Shown: one piece after another, positions 8,268 through 23,200 of the stretch
How positions within the stretch are numbered: the first letter of the stretch is position 1
How the letters are laid out: every line of letters begins with the position of its first letter
Assembly (NCBI GenBank): GCA_046563655.1
Contig: CM102283.1
Location: 4,526,001-4,590,000, forward strand
Source of the DNA: Yuukianura sp. NJ FZ-2021
Lineage: Eukaryota
Length of the DNA stretch: 64,000 nt
Direction: 5' to 3'
Program-made: the position numbers and the translations under genes
The notes under the pieces: generated by a model
Seen by the model: the letters and a program-made list of their open reading frames with translations, nothing else
Database searches by the model: none
Told to the model about the DNA's origin: nothing

Positions 8268-11200
8268 GTTTCGGCTGTGTTTTAAGTTGAAATTAGATAT
8301 GCTTTGGAACAGCTGTTTTATTAAAACCCGCTTGCATTTGGACAAAAAGTAAAGCGGATTTTTTTCCAAAATTTCTGAGTGCGACCACTAGATTCTAAGG
8401 CTATACAGACACATCTAAGTCCATTCTAACGGTATTGTACAATTGTGTTTGATATGCCGCCTTCTATTTTAGGAATAGTTTCGCCTGTGTTTTAAGTTGA
8501 AGTTAGATATGCTTTGGAACAACTATTTTATTAAAACCCGCTTGCATTTGGACAAAGAGTAAAGCGGATTTTTTTTTCAAAATTTCTGAGTGCGACCACT
8601 AGATTCTAAGGCTATACAGACACATCTAAGTCCATTCTAACGGTATTGTACAATGGTGTTTGATATGCCGCCTTCTATTTTAGGAATAGTTTCGCTTGTG
8701 TTTTAAGTTGAAATTAGATATGCTTTGGAACAACTATTTTATTAAAACCCGCTTGCATTTGGACAAAGAGTAAAGCGGATTTTTTTCCAAAATTTCTGAG
8801 TGCGACCACTAGATTCTAAGGCTATACAGACACATCTCATTCCATTCTAACGCTATTATACAATGGTGTTTGATATGCCGCCTTTTAGTTTCAGAACAGT
8901 TTCGCCTGTGTTTTAAGTTGAAATTAGATATGCTTTGGAACAGCCATTTTATTAAAACCCGCTTGCATTTGGACAAAGAGTAAAGCAGATTTTTTTTTCA
9001 AAATTTCTGAGTGCGACCACTAAATTCTAAGGCTATACAGACACATCTAAGTCCATTCTAACGCTATTATACAATGGTGTTTGATATGCCGCCTTTTAGT
9101 TTAGGAACAGTTTCGGCTGTGTTTTAAGTTGAAATTAGATATGCTTTGGAACAACTATTTTATTAAAACCCGCTTGCATTTGGACAAAGAGTAAAGCGGA
9201 TTTTTTTCCAAAATTTCTGAGTGCGACCACTAGATTCTAAGGCTATACAGACACAGCTAAGTCCATTCTAACGGTATTGTACAATGGTGTTTGATATGCC
9301 GCCTTCTATTTTAGGAATAGTTTCGCTTGTGTTTTAAGTTGAAATTAGATATGCTTTGGAACAGCTATTTTATTAAAACCCGCTCGCATTTGGACAAAGA
9401 GTAAAGCGGATTTTTTTCCAAAATTTCTGAGTGCGACCACTAGATTCTAAGGCTATACAGACACATCTCATTCCATTCTAACGCTATTATACAATGGTGT
9501 TTGATATGCCGCCTTTTAGTTTCAGAACAGTTTCGCCTGTGTTTTAAGTTGAAATTAGATATGCTTTGCAACAGCTATTTTATTAAAACCCGCTTGCATT
9601 TGGACAACGAGTAAAGCGGATTTTTTTTTCAAAATTTCTGAGTGCGACCACTAAATTCTAAGGCTATACAGACACATCTAATTTCATTCTAACGGTATTG
9701 TACAATGGTGTTTGATATGCCGCCTTCTATTTTAGGAATAGTTTCGCTTGTGTTTTAAGTTGAAATTAGATATGCTTTGGAACAGCTGTTTTATTAAAAC
9801 CCGCTTGCATTTGGACAAAGAGTAAAGCGGATTTTTTTCCAAAATTTCTGAGTGCGACCACTAGATTCTAAGGCTATACAGACACAGCTAAGTCCATTCT
9901 AACGGTATTGTACAATGGTGTTTGATATGCCGCCTTCTATTTTAGGAATAGTTTCGCTTGTGTTTTAAGTTGAAATTAGATATGCTTTGGAACAGCTATT
10001 TTATTAAAACCCGCTCGCATTTGGACAAAGAGTAAAGCGGATTTTTTTCCAAAATTTCTGAGTGCGACCACTAGATTCTAAGGCTATACAGACACATCTC
10101 ATTCCATTCTAAAGCTATTATACAATGGTGTTTGATATGCCGCCTTTTAGTTTAGGAACAGTTTCGGCTGTGTTTTAAGTTGAAATTAGATATGCTTTGG
10201 AACAGCTGTTTTATTAAAACCCGCTTGCATTTGGACAAAGAGTAAAGCGGATTTTTTTCCAAAATTTCTGAGTGCGACCACTAGATTCTAAGGCTATACA
10301 GACACATCTCATTCCATTCTAACGCTATTATACAATGGTGTTTGATATGCCGCCTTTTAGTTTCAGAACAGTTTCGCCTGTGTTTTAAGTTGAAATTAGA
10401 TATGCTTTGCAACAGCTATTTTATTAAAACCCGCTTGCATTTGGACAACGAGTAAAGCGGATTTTTTTTTCAAAATTTCTGAGTGCGACCACTAAATTCT
10501 AAGGCTATACAGACACATCTAATTTCATTCTAACGGTATTGTACAATGGTGTTTGATATGCCGCCTTCTATTTTAGGAATAGTTTCGCTTGTGTTTTAAG
10601 TTGAAATTAGATATGCTTTGGAACAGCTGTTTTATTAAAACCCGCTTGCATTTGGACAAAGAGTAAAGTGGATTTTTTTCCAAAATTTCTGAGTGCGACC
10701 ACTAGATTCTAAGGCTATACAGACACAGCTAAGTCCACTCTAACGGTATTGTACAATGGTGTTTGATATGCCGCCTTCTATTTTAGGAATAGTTTCGCTT
10801 GTGTTTTAAGTTGAAATTAGATATGCTTTGGAACAGCTATTTTATTAAAACCCGCTCGCATTTGGACAAAGAGTAAAGCGGATTTTTTTCCAAAATTTCT
10901 GAGTGCGACCACTAGATTCTAAGGCTATACAGACACATCTCATTCCATTCTAACGCTATTATACAATGGTGTTTGATATGCCGCCTTTTAGTTTAGGAAC
11001 AGTTTCGGCTGTGTTTTAAGTTGAAATTAGATATGCTTTGGAACAGCTGTTTTATTAAAACCCGCTTGCATTTGGACAAAAAGTAAAGCGGATTTTTTTC
11101 CAAAATTTCTGAGTGCGACCACTAGATTCTAAGGCTATACAGACACATCTAAGTCCATTCTAACGGTATTGTACAATTGTGTTTGATATGCCGCCTTCTA

Positions 11201-14200
11201 TTTTAGGAATAGTTTCGCCTGTGTTTTAAGTTGAAGTTAGATATGCTTTGGAACAACTATTTTATTAAAACCCGCTTGCATTTGGACAAAGAGTAAAGCG
11301 GATTTTTTTTTCAAAATTTCTGAGTGCGACCACTAGATTCTAAGGCTATACAGACACATCTAAGTCCATTCTAACGGTATTGTACAATGGTGTTTGATAT
11401 GCCGCCTTCTATTTTAGGAATAGTTTCGCTTGTGTTTTAAGTTGAAATTAGATATGCTTTGGAACAACTATTTTATTAAAACCCGCTTGCATTTGGACAA
11501 AGAGTAAAGCGGATTTTTTTCCAAAATTTCTGAGTGCGACCACTAGATTCTAAGGCTATACAGACACATCTCATTCCATTCTAACGCTATTATACAATGG
11601 TGTTTGATATGCCGCCTTTTAGTTTCAGAACAGTTTCGCCTGTGTTTTAAGTTGAAATTAGATATGCTTTGGAACAGCTATTTTATTAAAACCCGCTTGC
11701 ATTTGGACAACGAGTAAAGCGGATTTTTTTCCAAAATTTCTGAGTGCGACCACTAGATTCTAAGGCTATACAGACACATCTCATTCCATTCTAACGCTAT
11801 TATACAATGGTGTTTGATATGCCGCCTTTTAGTTTCAGAACAGTTTCGCCTGTGTTTTAAGTTGAAATTAGATATGCTTTGGAACAGCTATTTTATTAAA
11901 ACCCGCTTGCATTTGGACAAAGAGTAAAGCAGATTTTTTTTTCAAAATTTCTGAGTGCGACCACTAGATTCTAAGGCTATACAGACACATCTAAGTCCAT
12001 TCTAACGGTATTGTACAATGGTGTTTGATATGCCGCCTTCTATTTTAGGAATAGTTTCGCCTGTGTTTTAAGTTGAAGTTAGATATGCTTTGGAACAACT
12101 ATTTTATTAAAACCCGCTTGCATTTGGACAAAGAGTAAAGCGGATTTTTTTTCAAAATTTCTGAGTGCGACCACTAGATTCTAAGGCTATACAGACACAT
12201 CTAAGTCCATTCTAACGGTATTGTACAATGGTGTTTGATATGCCGCCTTCTATTTTAGGAATAGTTTCGCTTGTGTTTTAAGTTGAAATTAGATATGCTT
12301 TGGAACAACTATTTTATTAAAACCCGCTTGCATTTGGACAAAGAGTAAAGCGGATTTTTTTCCAAAATTTCTGAGTGCGACCACTAGATTCTAAGGCTAT
12401 ACAGACACAGCTAAGTCCATTCTAACGGTATTGTACAATGGTGTTTGATATGCCGCCTTCTATTTTAGGAATAGTTTCGCTTGTGTTTTAAGTTGAAATT
12501 AGATATGCTTTGGAACAGCTATTTTATTAAAACCCGCTTGCATTTGGACAAAGAGTAAAGCGGATTTTTTTACAAAATTTCTGAGTGCGACCACTAGATT
12601 CTAAGGCTATACAGACACATCTCATTCCATTCTAACGCTATTATACAATGGTGTTTGATATGCCGCCTTTTAGTTTCAGAACAGTTTCGCCTGTGTTTTA
12701 AGTTGAAATTAGATATGCTTTGGAACAGCTATTTTATTAAAACCCGCTTGCATTTGGACAAAGAGTAAAGCAGATTTTTTTCCAAAATTTCTGAGTGCGA
12801 CCACTAAATTCTAAGGCTATACAGACACATCTCATTCCATTCTAACGCTATTATACAATGGTGTTTGATATGCCGCCTTCTATTTTAGGAATAGTTTCGC
12901 TTGTGTTTTAAGTTGAAATTAAATATGCTTTGGAACAGCTATTTTATTAAAACCCGCTTGCATTTGGACAAAGAGTAAAGCGGATTTTTTTCAAAATTTC
13001 TGAGTGCGACCACTAAATTCTAACGCTATACAGACACATCTAAGTCCATTCTAACGGTATTGTACAATGGTGTTTGATATGCCGCCTTCTATTTTAGGAA
13101 TAGTTTCGCTTGTGTTTTAAGTTGAAATTAGATATGCTTTGGAACAGCTATTTTATTAAAACCCGCTTGCATTTGGACAAAGAGTAAAGCGGATTTTTTT
13201 CCAAAATTTCTGAGTGCGACCACTAGATTCTAAGGCTATACAGACACAGCTAAGTCCATTCTAACGGTATTGTACAATGGTGTTTGATATGCCGCCTTCT
13301 ATTTTAGGAATAGTTTCGCTTGTGTTTTAAGTTGAAATTAGATATGCTTTGGAACAGCTATTTTATTAAAACCCGCTTGCATTTGGACAAAGAGTAAAGC
13401 GGATTTTTTTCAAAATTTCTGAGTGCGACCACTAGATTCTAAGGCTATACAGACACATCTCATTCCATTCTAACGCTATTATACAATGGTGTTTGATATG
13501 CCGCCTTTTAGTTTCAGAACAGTTTCGCCTGTGTTTTAAGTTGAAATTAGATATGCTTTGGAACAGCTATTTTATTAAAACCCGCTTGCATGTGGACAAA
13601 GAGTAAAGCAGATTTTTTTTTCAAAATTTCTGAGTGCGACCACTAAATTCTAAGGCTATACAGACACATCTCATTCCATTCTAACGCTATTATACAATGG
13701 TGTTTGATATGCCGCCTTTTAGTTTAGGAACAGTTTCGGCTGTGTTTTAAGTTGAAATTAGATATGCTTTGGAACAGCTATTTTATTAAAACCCGCTTGC
13801 ATTTGGACAAAGAGTAAAGCGGATTTTTTTCCAAAATTTCTGAGTGCGACCACTAGATTCTAAGGCTATACAGACACATCTAAGTCCATTCTAACGGTAT
13901 TATTCAATGGTGTTTGATATGCCGCCTTCTATTTTAGGAATAGTTTCGCTTGTGTTTTAAGTTGAAATTAAATATGCTTTGGAACAACTATTTTATTAAA
14001 ACCCGCTTGCATTTGGACAAAGAGTAAAGCGGATTTTTTTTCAAAATTTCTGAGTGCGACCACTAAATTCTAAGGCTATACAGACACATCTAAGTCCATT
14101 CTAACGGTATTGTACAATGGTGTTTGATATGCCGCCTTCTATTTTAGGAATAGTTTCGCTTGTGTTTTAAGTTGAAATTAGATATGCTTTGGAACAGCTA

Positions 14201-17200
14201 TTTTATTAAAACCCGCTTGCATTTGGACAAAGAGTAAAGCGGATTTTTTTCCAAAATTTCTGAGTGCGACCACTAGATTCTAAGGCTATACAGACACATC
14301 TAAGTCCATTCTAACGGTATTGTACAATGGTGTTTGATATGCCGCCTTCTATTTTAGGAATAGTTTCGCTTGTGTTTTAAGTTGAAATTAGATATGCTTT
14401 GGAACAGCTATTTTATTAAAACCCGCTTGCATTTGGACAAAGAGTAAAGCGGATTTTTTTCAAAATTTCTGAGTGCGACCACTAGATTCTAAGGCTATAC
14501 AGACACATCTCATTCCATTCTAACGCTATTATACAATGGTGTTTGATATGCCGCCTTTTAGTTTCAGAACAGTTTCGCCTGTGTTTTAAGTTGAAATTAG
14601 ATATGCTTTGGAACAGCTATTTTATTAAAACCCGCTTGCATTTGGACAATGAGTAAAGCGGATTTTTTTTTCAAAATTTCTGAGTGCGACCACTAAATTC
14701 TAAGGCTATACAGACACATCTAAGTCCATTCTAACGCTATTATACAATGGTGTTTGATATGCCGCCTTTTAGTTTAGGAACAGTTTCGGCTGTGTTTTAA
14801 GTTGAAATTAGATATGCTTTGGAACAGCTGTTTTATTAAAACCCGCTTGCATTTGGACAAAAAGTAAAGCGGATTTTTTTCCAAAATTTCTGAGTGCGAC
14901 CACTAGATTCTAAGGCTATACAGACACATCTAAGTCCATTCTAACGGTATTGTACAATGGTGTTTGATATGCCGCCTTCTATTTTAGGAATAGTTTCGCC
15001 TGTGTTTTAAGTTGAAGTTAGATATGCTTTGGAACAACTATTTTATTAAAACCCGCTTGCATTTGGACAAAGAGTAAAGCGGATTTTTCCAAAATTTCTG
15101 AGTGCGACCACTAGATTCTAAGGCTATACAGACACAGCTAAGTCCATTCTAACGGTATTGTACAATGGTGTTTGATATGCCGCCTTCTATTTTAGGAATA
15201 GTTTCGCTTGTGTTTTAAGTTGAAATTAAATATGCTTTGGAACAGCTATTTTATTAAAACCCGCTTGCATTTGGACAAAGAGTAAAGCGGATTTTTTTTT
15301 CAAAATTTCTGAGTGCGACCACTAAATTCTAACGCTATACAGACACATCTAAGTCCATTCTAACGGTATTGTACAATGGTGTTTGATATGCCGCCTGCTA
15401 TTTTAGGAATAGTTTCGCTTGTGTTTTAAGTTGAAATTAGATATGCTTTGGAACAGCTATTTTATTAAAACCCGCTTGCATTTGGACAAAGAGTAAAGCG
15501 GATTTTTTTCCAAAATTTCTGAGTGCGACCACTAGATTCTAAGGCTATACAGACACAGCTAAGTCCATTCTAACGGTATTGTACAATGGTGTTTGATATG
15601 CCGCCTTCTATTTTAGGAATAGTTTCGCTTGTGTTTTAAGTTGAAATTAGATATGCTTTGGAACAGCTATTTTATTAAAACCCGCTTGCATTTGGACAAA
15701 GAGTAAAGCGGATTTTTTAACAAAATTTCTGAGTGCGACCACTAGATTCTAAGGCTATACAGACACATCTCATTCCATTCTAACGCTATTATACAATGGT
15801 GTTTGATATGCCGCCTTTTAGTTTCAGAACAGTTTCGCCTGTGTTTTAAGTTGAAATTAGATATGCTTTGGAACAGCTATTTTACTAAAACCCGCTTGCA
15901 TTTGGACAAAGAGTAAAGCAGATTTTTTTTTCAAAATTTCTGAGTGCGACCACTAAATTCTAAGGCTATACAGACACATCTCATTCCATTCTAACGCTAT
16001 TATACAATGGTGTTTGATATGCCGCCTTCTATTTTAGGAATAGTTTCGCTTGTGTTTTAAGTTGAAATTAAATATGCTTTGGAACAGCTATTTTATCAAA
16101 ACCCGCTTGCATTTGGACAAAGAGTAAAGCGGATTTTTTTTTCAAAATTTCTGAGTGCGACCACTAAATTCTAACGCTATACAGACACATCTAAGTCCAT
16201 TCTAACGGTATTGTACAATGGTGTTTGATATGCCGCCTTCTATTTTAGGAATAGTTTCGCTTGTGTTTTAAGTTGAAATTAGATATGCTTTGGAACAGCT
16301 ATTTTATTAAAACCCGCTTGCATTTGGACAAAGAGTAAAGCGGATTTTTTCCCAAAATTTCTGAGTGCGACCACTAGATTCTAAGGCTATACAGACACAG
16401 CTAAGTCCATTCTAACGGTATTGTACAATGGTGTTTGATATGCCGCCTTCTATTTTAGGAATAGTTTCGCTTGTGTTTTAAGTTGAAATTAGATATGCTT
16501 TGGAACAGCTATTTTATTAAAACCCGCTTGCATTTGGACAAAGAGTAAAGCGGTTTTTTTTCAAAATTTCTGAGTGCGACCACTAGATTCTAAGGCTATA
16601 CAGACACATCTCATTCCATTCTAACGCTATTATACAATGGTGTTTGATATGCCGCCTTTTAGTTTCAGAACAGTTTCGCCTGTGTTTTAAGTTGAAATTA
16701 GATATGCTTTGGAACAGCTATTTTATTAAAACCCGCTTGCATTTGGACAAAGAGTAAAGCAGATTTTTTTTTCAAAATTTCTGAGTGCGACCACTAAATT
16801 CTAAGGCTATACAGACACATCTCATTCCATTCTAACGCTATTATACAATGGTGTTTGATATGCCGCCTTCTATTTTAGGAATAGTTTCGCTTGTGTTTTA
16901 AGTTGAAATTAAATATGCTTTGGAACAGCTATTTTATTAAAACCCGCTTGCATTTGGACAAAGAGTAAAGCGGATTTTTTTTTCAAAATTTCTGAGTGCG
17001 ACCACTAAATTCTAACGCTATACAAACACATCTAAGTCCATTCTAACGGTATTGTACAATGGTGTTTGATATGCCGCCTTCTATTTTAGGAATAGTTTCG
17101 CTTGTGTTTTAAGTTGAAATTAGATATGCTTTGGAACAGCTATTTTATTAAAACCCGCTTGCATTTGGACAAAGAGTAAAGCGGATTTTTTTCCAAAATT

Positions 17201-20200
17201 TCTGAGTGCGACCACTAGATTCTAAGGCTATACAGACACAGCTAAGTCCATTCTAACGGTATTGTACAATGGTGTTTGATATGCCGCCTTCTATTTTAGG
17301 AATAGTTTCGCTTGTGTTTTAAGTTGAAATTAGATATGCTTTGGAACAGCTATTTTATTAAAACCCGCTTGCATTTGGACAAAGAGTAAAGCGGATTTTT
17401 TTCAAAATTTCTGAGTGCGACCACTAGATTCTAAGGCTATACAGACACATCTCATTCCATTCTAACGCTATTATACAATGGTGTTTGATATGCCGCCTTT
17501 TAGTTTCAGAACAGTTTCGCCTGTGTTTTAAGTTGAAATTAGATATGCTTTGGAACAGCTATTTTATTAAAACCCGCTTGCATTTGGACAAAGAGTAAAG
17601 CAGATTTTTTTCAAAATTTCTGAGTGCGACCACTAAATTCTAAGGCTATACAGACACATCTCATTCCATTCTAACGCTATTATACAATGGTGTTTGATAT
17701 GCCGCCTTTTAGTTTAGGAACAGTTTCGGCTGTGTTTTAAGTTGAAATTAGATATGCTTTGGAACAGCTATTTTATTAAAACCCGCTTGCATTTGGACAA
17801 AGAGTAAAGCGGATTTTTTTCCAAAATTTCTGAGTGCGACCACTAGATTCTAAGGCTATACAGACACATCTAAGTCCATTCTAACGGTATTATTCAATGG
17901 TGTTTGATATGCCGCCTTCTATTTTAGGAATAGTTTCGCTTGTGTTTTAAGTTGAAATTAAATATGCTTTGGAACAGCTATTTTATTAAAACCCGCTTGC
18001 ATTTGGACAAAGAGTAAAGCGGATTTTTTTTTCAAAATTTCTGAGTGCGACCACTAAATTCTAACGCTATACAGACACATCTAAGTCCATTCTAACGGTA
18101 TTGTACAATGGTGTTTGATATGCCGCCTGCTATTTTAGGAATAGTTTCGCTTGTGTTTTAAGTTGAAATTAGATATGCTTTGGAACAGCTATTTTATTAA
18201 AACCCGCTTGCATTTGGACAAAGAGTAAAGCGGATTTTTTTCCAAAATTTCTGAGTGCGACCACTAGATTCTAAGGCTATACAGACACAGCTAAGTCCAT
18301 TCTAACGGTATTGTACAATGGTGTTTGATATGCCGCCTTCTATTTTAGGAATAGTTTCGCTTGTGTTTTAAGTTGAAATTAGATATGCTTTGGAACAGCT
18401 ATTTTATTAAAACCCGCTTGCATTTGGACAAAGAGTAAAGCGGATTTTTTTCAAAATTTCTGAGTGCGACCACTAGATTCTAAGGCTATACAGACACATC
18501 TCATTCCATTCTAACGCTATTATACAATGGTGTTTGATATGCCGCCTTTTAGTTTCAGAACAGTTTCGCCTGTGTTTTAAGTTGAAATTAGATATGCTTT
18601 GGAACAGCTATTTTATTAAAACCCGCTTGCATTTGGACAAAGAGTAAAGCGGATTTTTTCCCAAAATTTCTGAGTGCGACCACTAAATTCTAAGGCTATA
18701 CAGACACATCTCATTCCATTCTAACGCTATTATACAATGGTGTTTGATATGCCGCCTTCTATTTTAGGAATAGTTTCGCTTGTGTTTTAAGTTTAAATTA
18801 GATATGCTTTGGAACAGCTATTTTATTAAGACCCGCTTGCATTTGGACAAAGAGTAAAGCGGATTTTTTTCAAAATTTCTGAGTGCGACCACTAAATTCT
18901 AACGCTATACAGACACATCTAAGTCCATTCTAACGGTATTGTACAATGGTGTTTGATATGCCGCCTTCTATTTTAGGAATAGTTTCGCTTGTGTTTTAAG
19001 TTGAAATTAGATATGCTTTGGAACAGCTATTTTATTAAAACCCGCTTGCATTTGGACAAAGAGTAAAGCGGATTTTTTTCCAAAATTTCTGAGTGCGACC
19101 ACTAGATTCTAAGGCTATACAGACACAGCTAAGTCCATTCTAACGGTATTGTACAATGGTGTTTGATATGCCGCCTTCTATTTTAGGAATAGTTTCGCTT
19201 GTGTTTTAAGTTGAAATTAGATATGCTTTGGAACAGCTATTTTATTAAAACCCGCTTGCATTTGGACAAAGAGTAAAGCGGATTTTTTAACAAAATTTCT
19301 GAGTGCGACCACTAGATTCTAAGGCTATACAGACACATCTCATTCCATTCTAACGCTATTATACAATGGTGTTTGATATGCCGCCTTTTAGTTTCAGAAC
19401 AGTTTCGCCTGTGTTTTAAGTTGAAATTAGATATGCTTTGGAACAGCTATTTTATTAAAACCCGCTTGCATTTGGACAAAGAGTAAAGCAGATTTTTTTT
19501 TCAAAATTTCTGAGTGCGACCACTAAATTCTAAGGCTATACAGACACATCTCATTCCATTCTAACGCTATTATACAATGGTGTTTGATATGCCGCCTTCT
19601 ATTTTAGGAATAGTTTCGCTTGTGTTTTAAGTTTAAATTAGATATGCTTTGGAACAGCTATTTTATTAAAACCCGCTTGCATTTGGACAAAGAGTAAAGC
19701 GGGTTTTTTTCCAAAATTTCTGAGTGCGACCACTAAATTCTAAGGCTATACAGACACATCTAAGTCCATTCTAACGGTATTGTACAATGGTGTTTGATAT
19801 GCCGCCTTCTATTTTAGGAATAGTTTCGCTTGTGTTTTAAGTTGAAATTAGATATGCTTTGGAACAGCTATTTTATTAAAACCCGCTTGCATTTGGACAA
19901 AGAGTAAAGCGGATTTTTTTCCAAAATTTCTGAGTGCGACCACTAGATTCTAAGGCTATACAGACACATCTAAGTCCATTCTAACGGTATTGTACAATGG
20001 TGTTTGATATGCCGCCTTCTATTTTAGGAATAGTTTCGCTTGTGTTTTAAGTTGAAATTAGATATGCTTTGGAACAGCTATTTTATTAAAACCCGCTTGC
20101 ATTTGGACAAAGAGTAAAGCGGATTATTCTTCAAAATTTCTGAGTGCGACCACTAGATTCTAAGGCTATACAGACACATCTCATTCCATTCTAACGGTAT

Positions 20201-23200
20201 TATACAATGGTGTTTGATATGCCGCCTTCTATTTTCAGAACAGTTTCGCCTGTGTTTTAAGTTGAAATTAGATATGCTTTGGAACAGCTATTTTATTAAA
20301 ACCCGCTTGCATTTGGACAAAGAGTAAAGCAGGATTTTTTTCAAAATTTCTGAGTGCGACCACTAAATTCTAAGGCTATACAGACACATCTCATTCCATT
20401 CTAACGCTATTATACAATGGTGTTTGATATGCCGCCTTTTAGTTTAGGAACAGTTTCGGCTGTGTTTTAAGTTGAAATTAGATATGCTTTGGAACAGCTG
20501 TTTTATTAAAACCCGCTTGCATTTGGACAAAGAGTAAAGCGGATTTTTTTCCAAAATTTCTGAGTGCGACCACTAGATTCTAAGGCTATACAGACACATC
20601 TAAGTCCATTCTAACGGTATTATTCAATGGTGTTTGATATGCCGCCTTCTATTTTAGGAATAGTTTCGCTTGTGTTTTAAGTTGAAATTAGATATGCTTT
20701 GGAACAGCTATTTTATTAAAACCCGCTTGCATTTGGACAAAGAGTAAAGCGGATTTTTTTCCAAAATTTCTGAGTGCGACCACTAGATTCTAAGGCTATA
20801 CAGACACATCTAAGTCCATTCTAACGGTATTGTACAATGGTGTTTGATATGCCGCCTTCTATTTTAGGAATAGTTTCGCTTGTGTTTTAAGTTGAAATTA
20901 GATATGCTTTGGAACAGCTATTTTATTAAAACCCGCTTGCATTTGGACAAAGAGTAAAGCGGATTTTTTTCAAAATTTCTGAGTGCGACCACTAGATTCT
21001 AAGGCTATACAGACACATCTCATTCCATTCTAACGCTATTATACAATGGTGTTTGATATGCCGCCTTTTAGTTTCAGAACAGTTTCGCCTGTGTTTTAAG
21101 TTGAAATTAGATATGCTTTGGAACAGCTATTTTATTAAAACCCGCTTGCATTTGGACAAAGAGTAAAGCAGATTTTTTTCCCAAAATTTCTGAGTGCGAC
21201 CACTAAATTCTAAGGCTATACAGACACATCTCATTCCATTCTAACGCTATTATACAATGGTGTTTGATATGCCGCCTTCTATTTTAGGAATAGTTTCGCT
21301 TGTGTTTTAAGTTGAAATTAAATATGCTTTGGAACAGCTATTTTATTAAAACCCGCTTGCATTTGGACAAAGAGTAAAGCGGATTTTTTTACAAAATTTC
21401 TGAGTGCGACCACTAAATTCTAACGCTATACAGACACATCTAAGTCCATTCTAACGGTATTGTACAATGGTGTTTGATATGCCGCCTTCTATTTTAGGAA
21501 TAGTTTCGCTTGTGTTTTAAGTTGAAATTAGATATGCTTTGGAACAGCTATTTTATTAAAACCCGCTTGCATTTGGACAAAGAGTAAAGCGGATTTTTTC
21601 CCAAAATTTCTGAGTGCGACCACTAGATTCTAAGGCTATACAGACACAGCTAAGTCCATTCTAACGGTATTGTACAATGGTGTTTGATATGCCGCCTTCT
21701 ATTTTAGGAATAGTTTCGCTTGTGTTTTAAGTTGAAATTAGATATGCTTTGGAACAGCTATTTTATTAAAACCCGCTTGCATTTGGACAAAGAGTAAAGC
21801 GGTTTTTTTTCAAAATTTCTGAGTGCGACCACTAGATTCTAAGGCTATACAGACACATCTCATTCCATTCTAACGCTATTATACAATGGTGTTTGATATG
21901 CCGCCTTTTAGTTTCAGAACAGTTTCGCCTGTGTTTTAAGTTGAAATTAGATATGCTTTGGAACAGCTATTTTATTAAAACCCGCTTGCATTTGGACAAA
22001 GAGTAAAGCAGATTTTTTTCCAAAATTTCTGAGTGCGACCACTAAATTCTAAGGCTATACAGACACATCTCATTCCATTCTAACGCTATTATACAATGGT
22101 GTTTGATATGCCGCCTTTTAGTTTAGGAACAGTTTCGGCTGTGTTTTAAGTTGAAATTAGATATGCTTTGGAACAGCTGTTTTATTAAAACCCGCTTGCA
22201 TTTGGACAAAAAGTAAAGCGGATTTTTTTCCAAAATTTCTGAGTGCGACCACTAGATTCTAAGGCTATACAGACACATCTAAGTCCATTCTAACGGTATT
22301 ATTCAATGGTGTTTGATATGCCGCCTTCTATTTTAGGAATAGTTTCGCTTGTGTTTTAAGTTGAAATTAAATATGCTTTGGAACAACTATTTTATTAAAA
22401 CCCGCTTGCATTTGGACAAAGAGTAAAGCGGATTTTTTTTCAAAATTTCTGAGTGCGACCACTAAATTCTAAGGCTATACAGACACATCTAAGTCCATTC
22501 TAACGGTATTGTACAATGGTGTTTGATATGCCGCCTTCTATTTTAGGAATAGTTTCGCTTGTGTTTTAAGTTGAAATTAGATATGCTTTGCAACAGCTAT
22601 TTTATTAAAACCCGCTTGCATTTGGACAAAGAGTAAAGCGGATTTTTTTCCAAAATTTCTGAGTGCGACCACTAGATTCTAAGGCTATACAGACACAGCT
22701 AAGTCCATTCTAACGGTATTGTACAATGGTGTTTGATATGCCGCCTTCTATTTTAGGAATAGTTTCGCTTGTGTTTTAAGTTGAAATTAGATATGCTTTG
22801 GAACAGCTATTTTATTAAAACCCGCTTGCATTTGGACAAAGAGTAAAGCGGATTTTTTTCAAAATTTCTGAGTGCGACCACTAGATTCTAAGGCTATACA
22901 GACACATCTCATTCCATTCTAACGCTATTATACAATGGTGTTTGATATGCCGCCTTTTAGTTTCAGAACAGTTTCGCCTGTGTTTTAAGTTGAAATTAGA
23001 TATGCTTTGGAACAGCTATTTTATTAAAACCCGCTTGCATTTGGACAAAGAGTAAAGCAGATTTTTTTTTCAAAATTTCTGAGTGCGACCACTAAATTCT
23101 AAGGCTATACAGACACATCTAAGTCCATTCTAACGCTATTATACAATGGTGTTTGATATGCCGCCTTTTAGTTTAGGAACAGTTTCGGCTGTGTTTTAAG

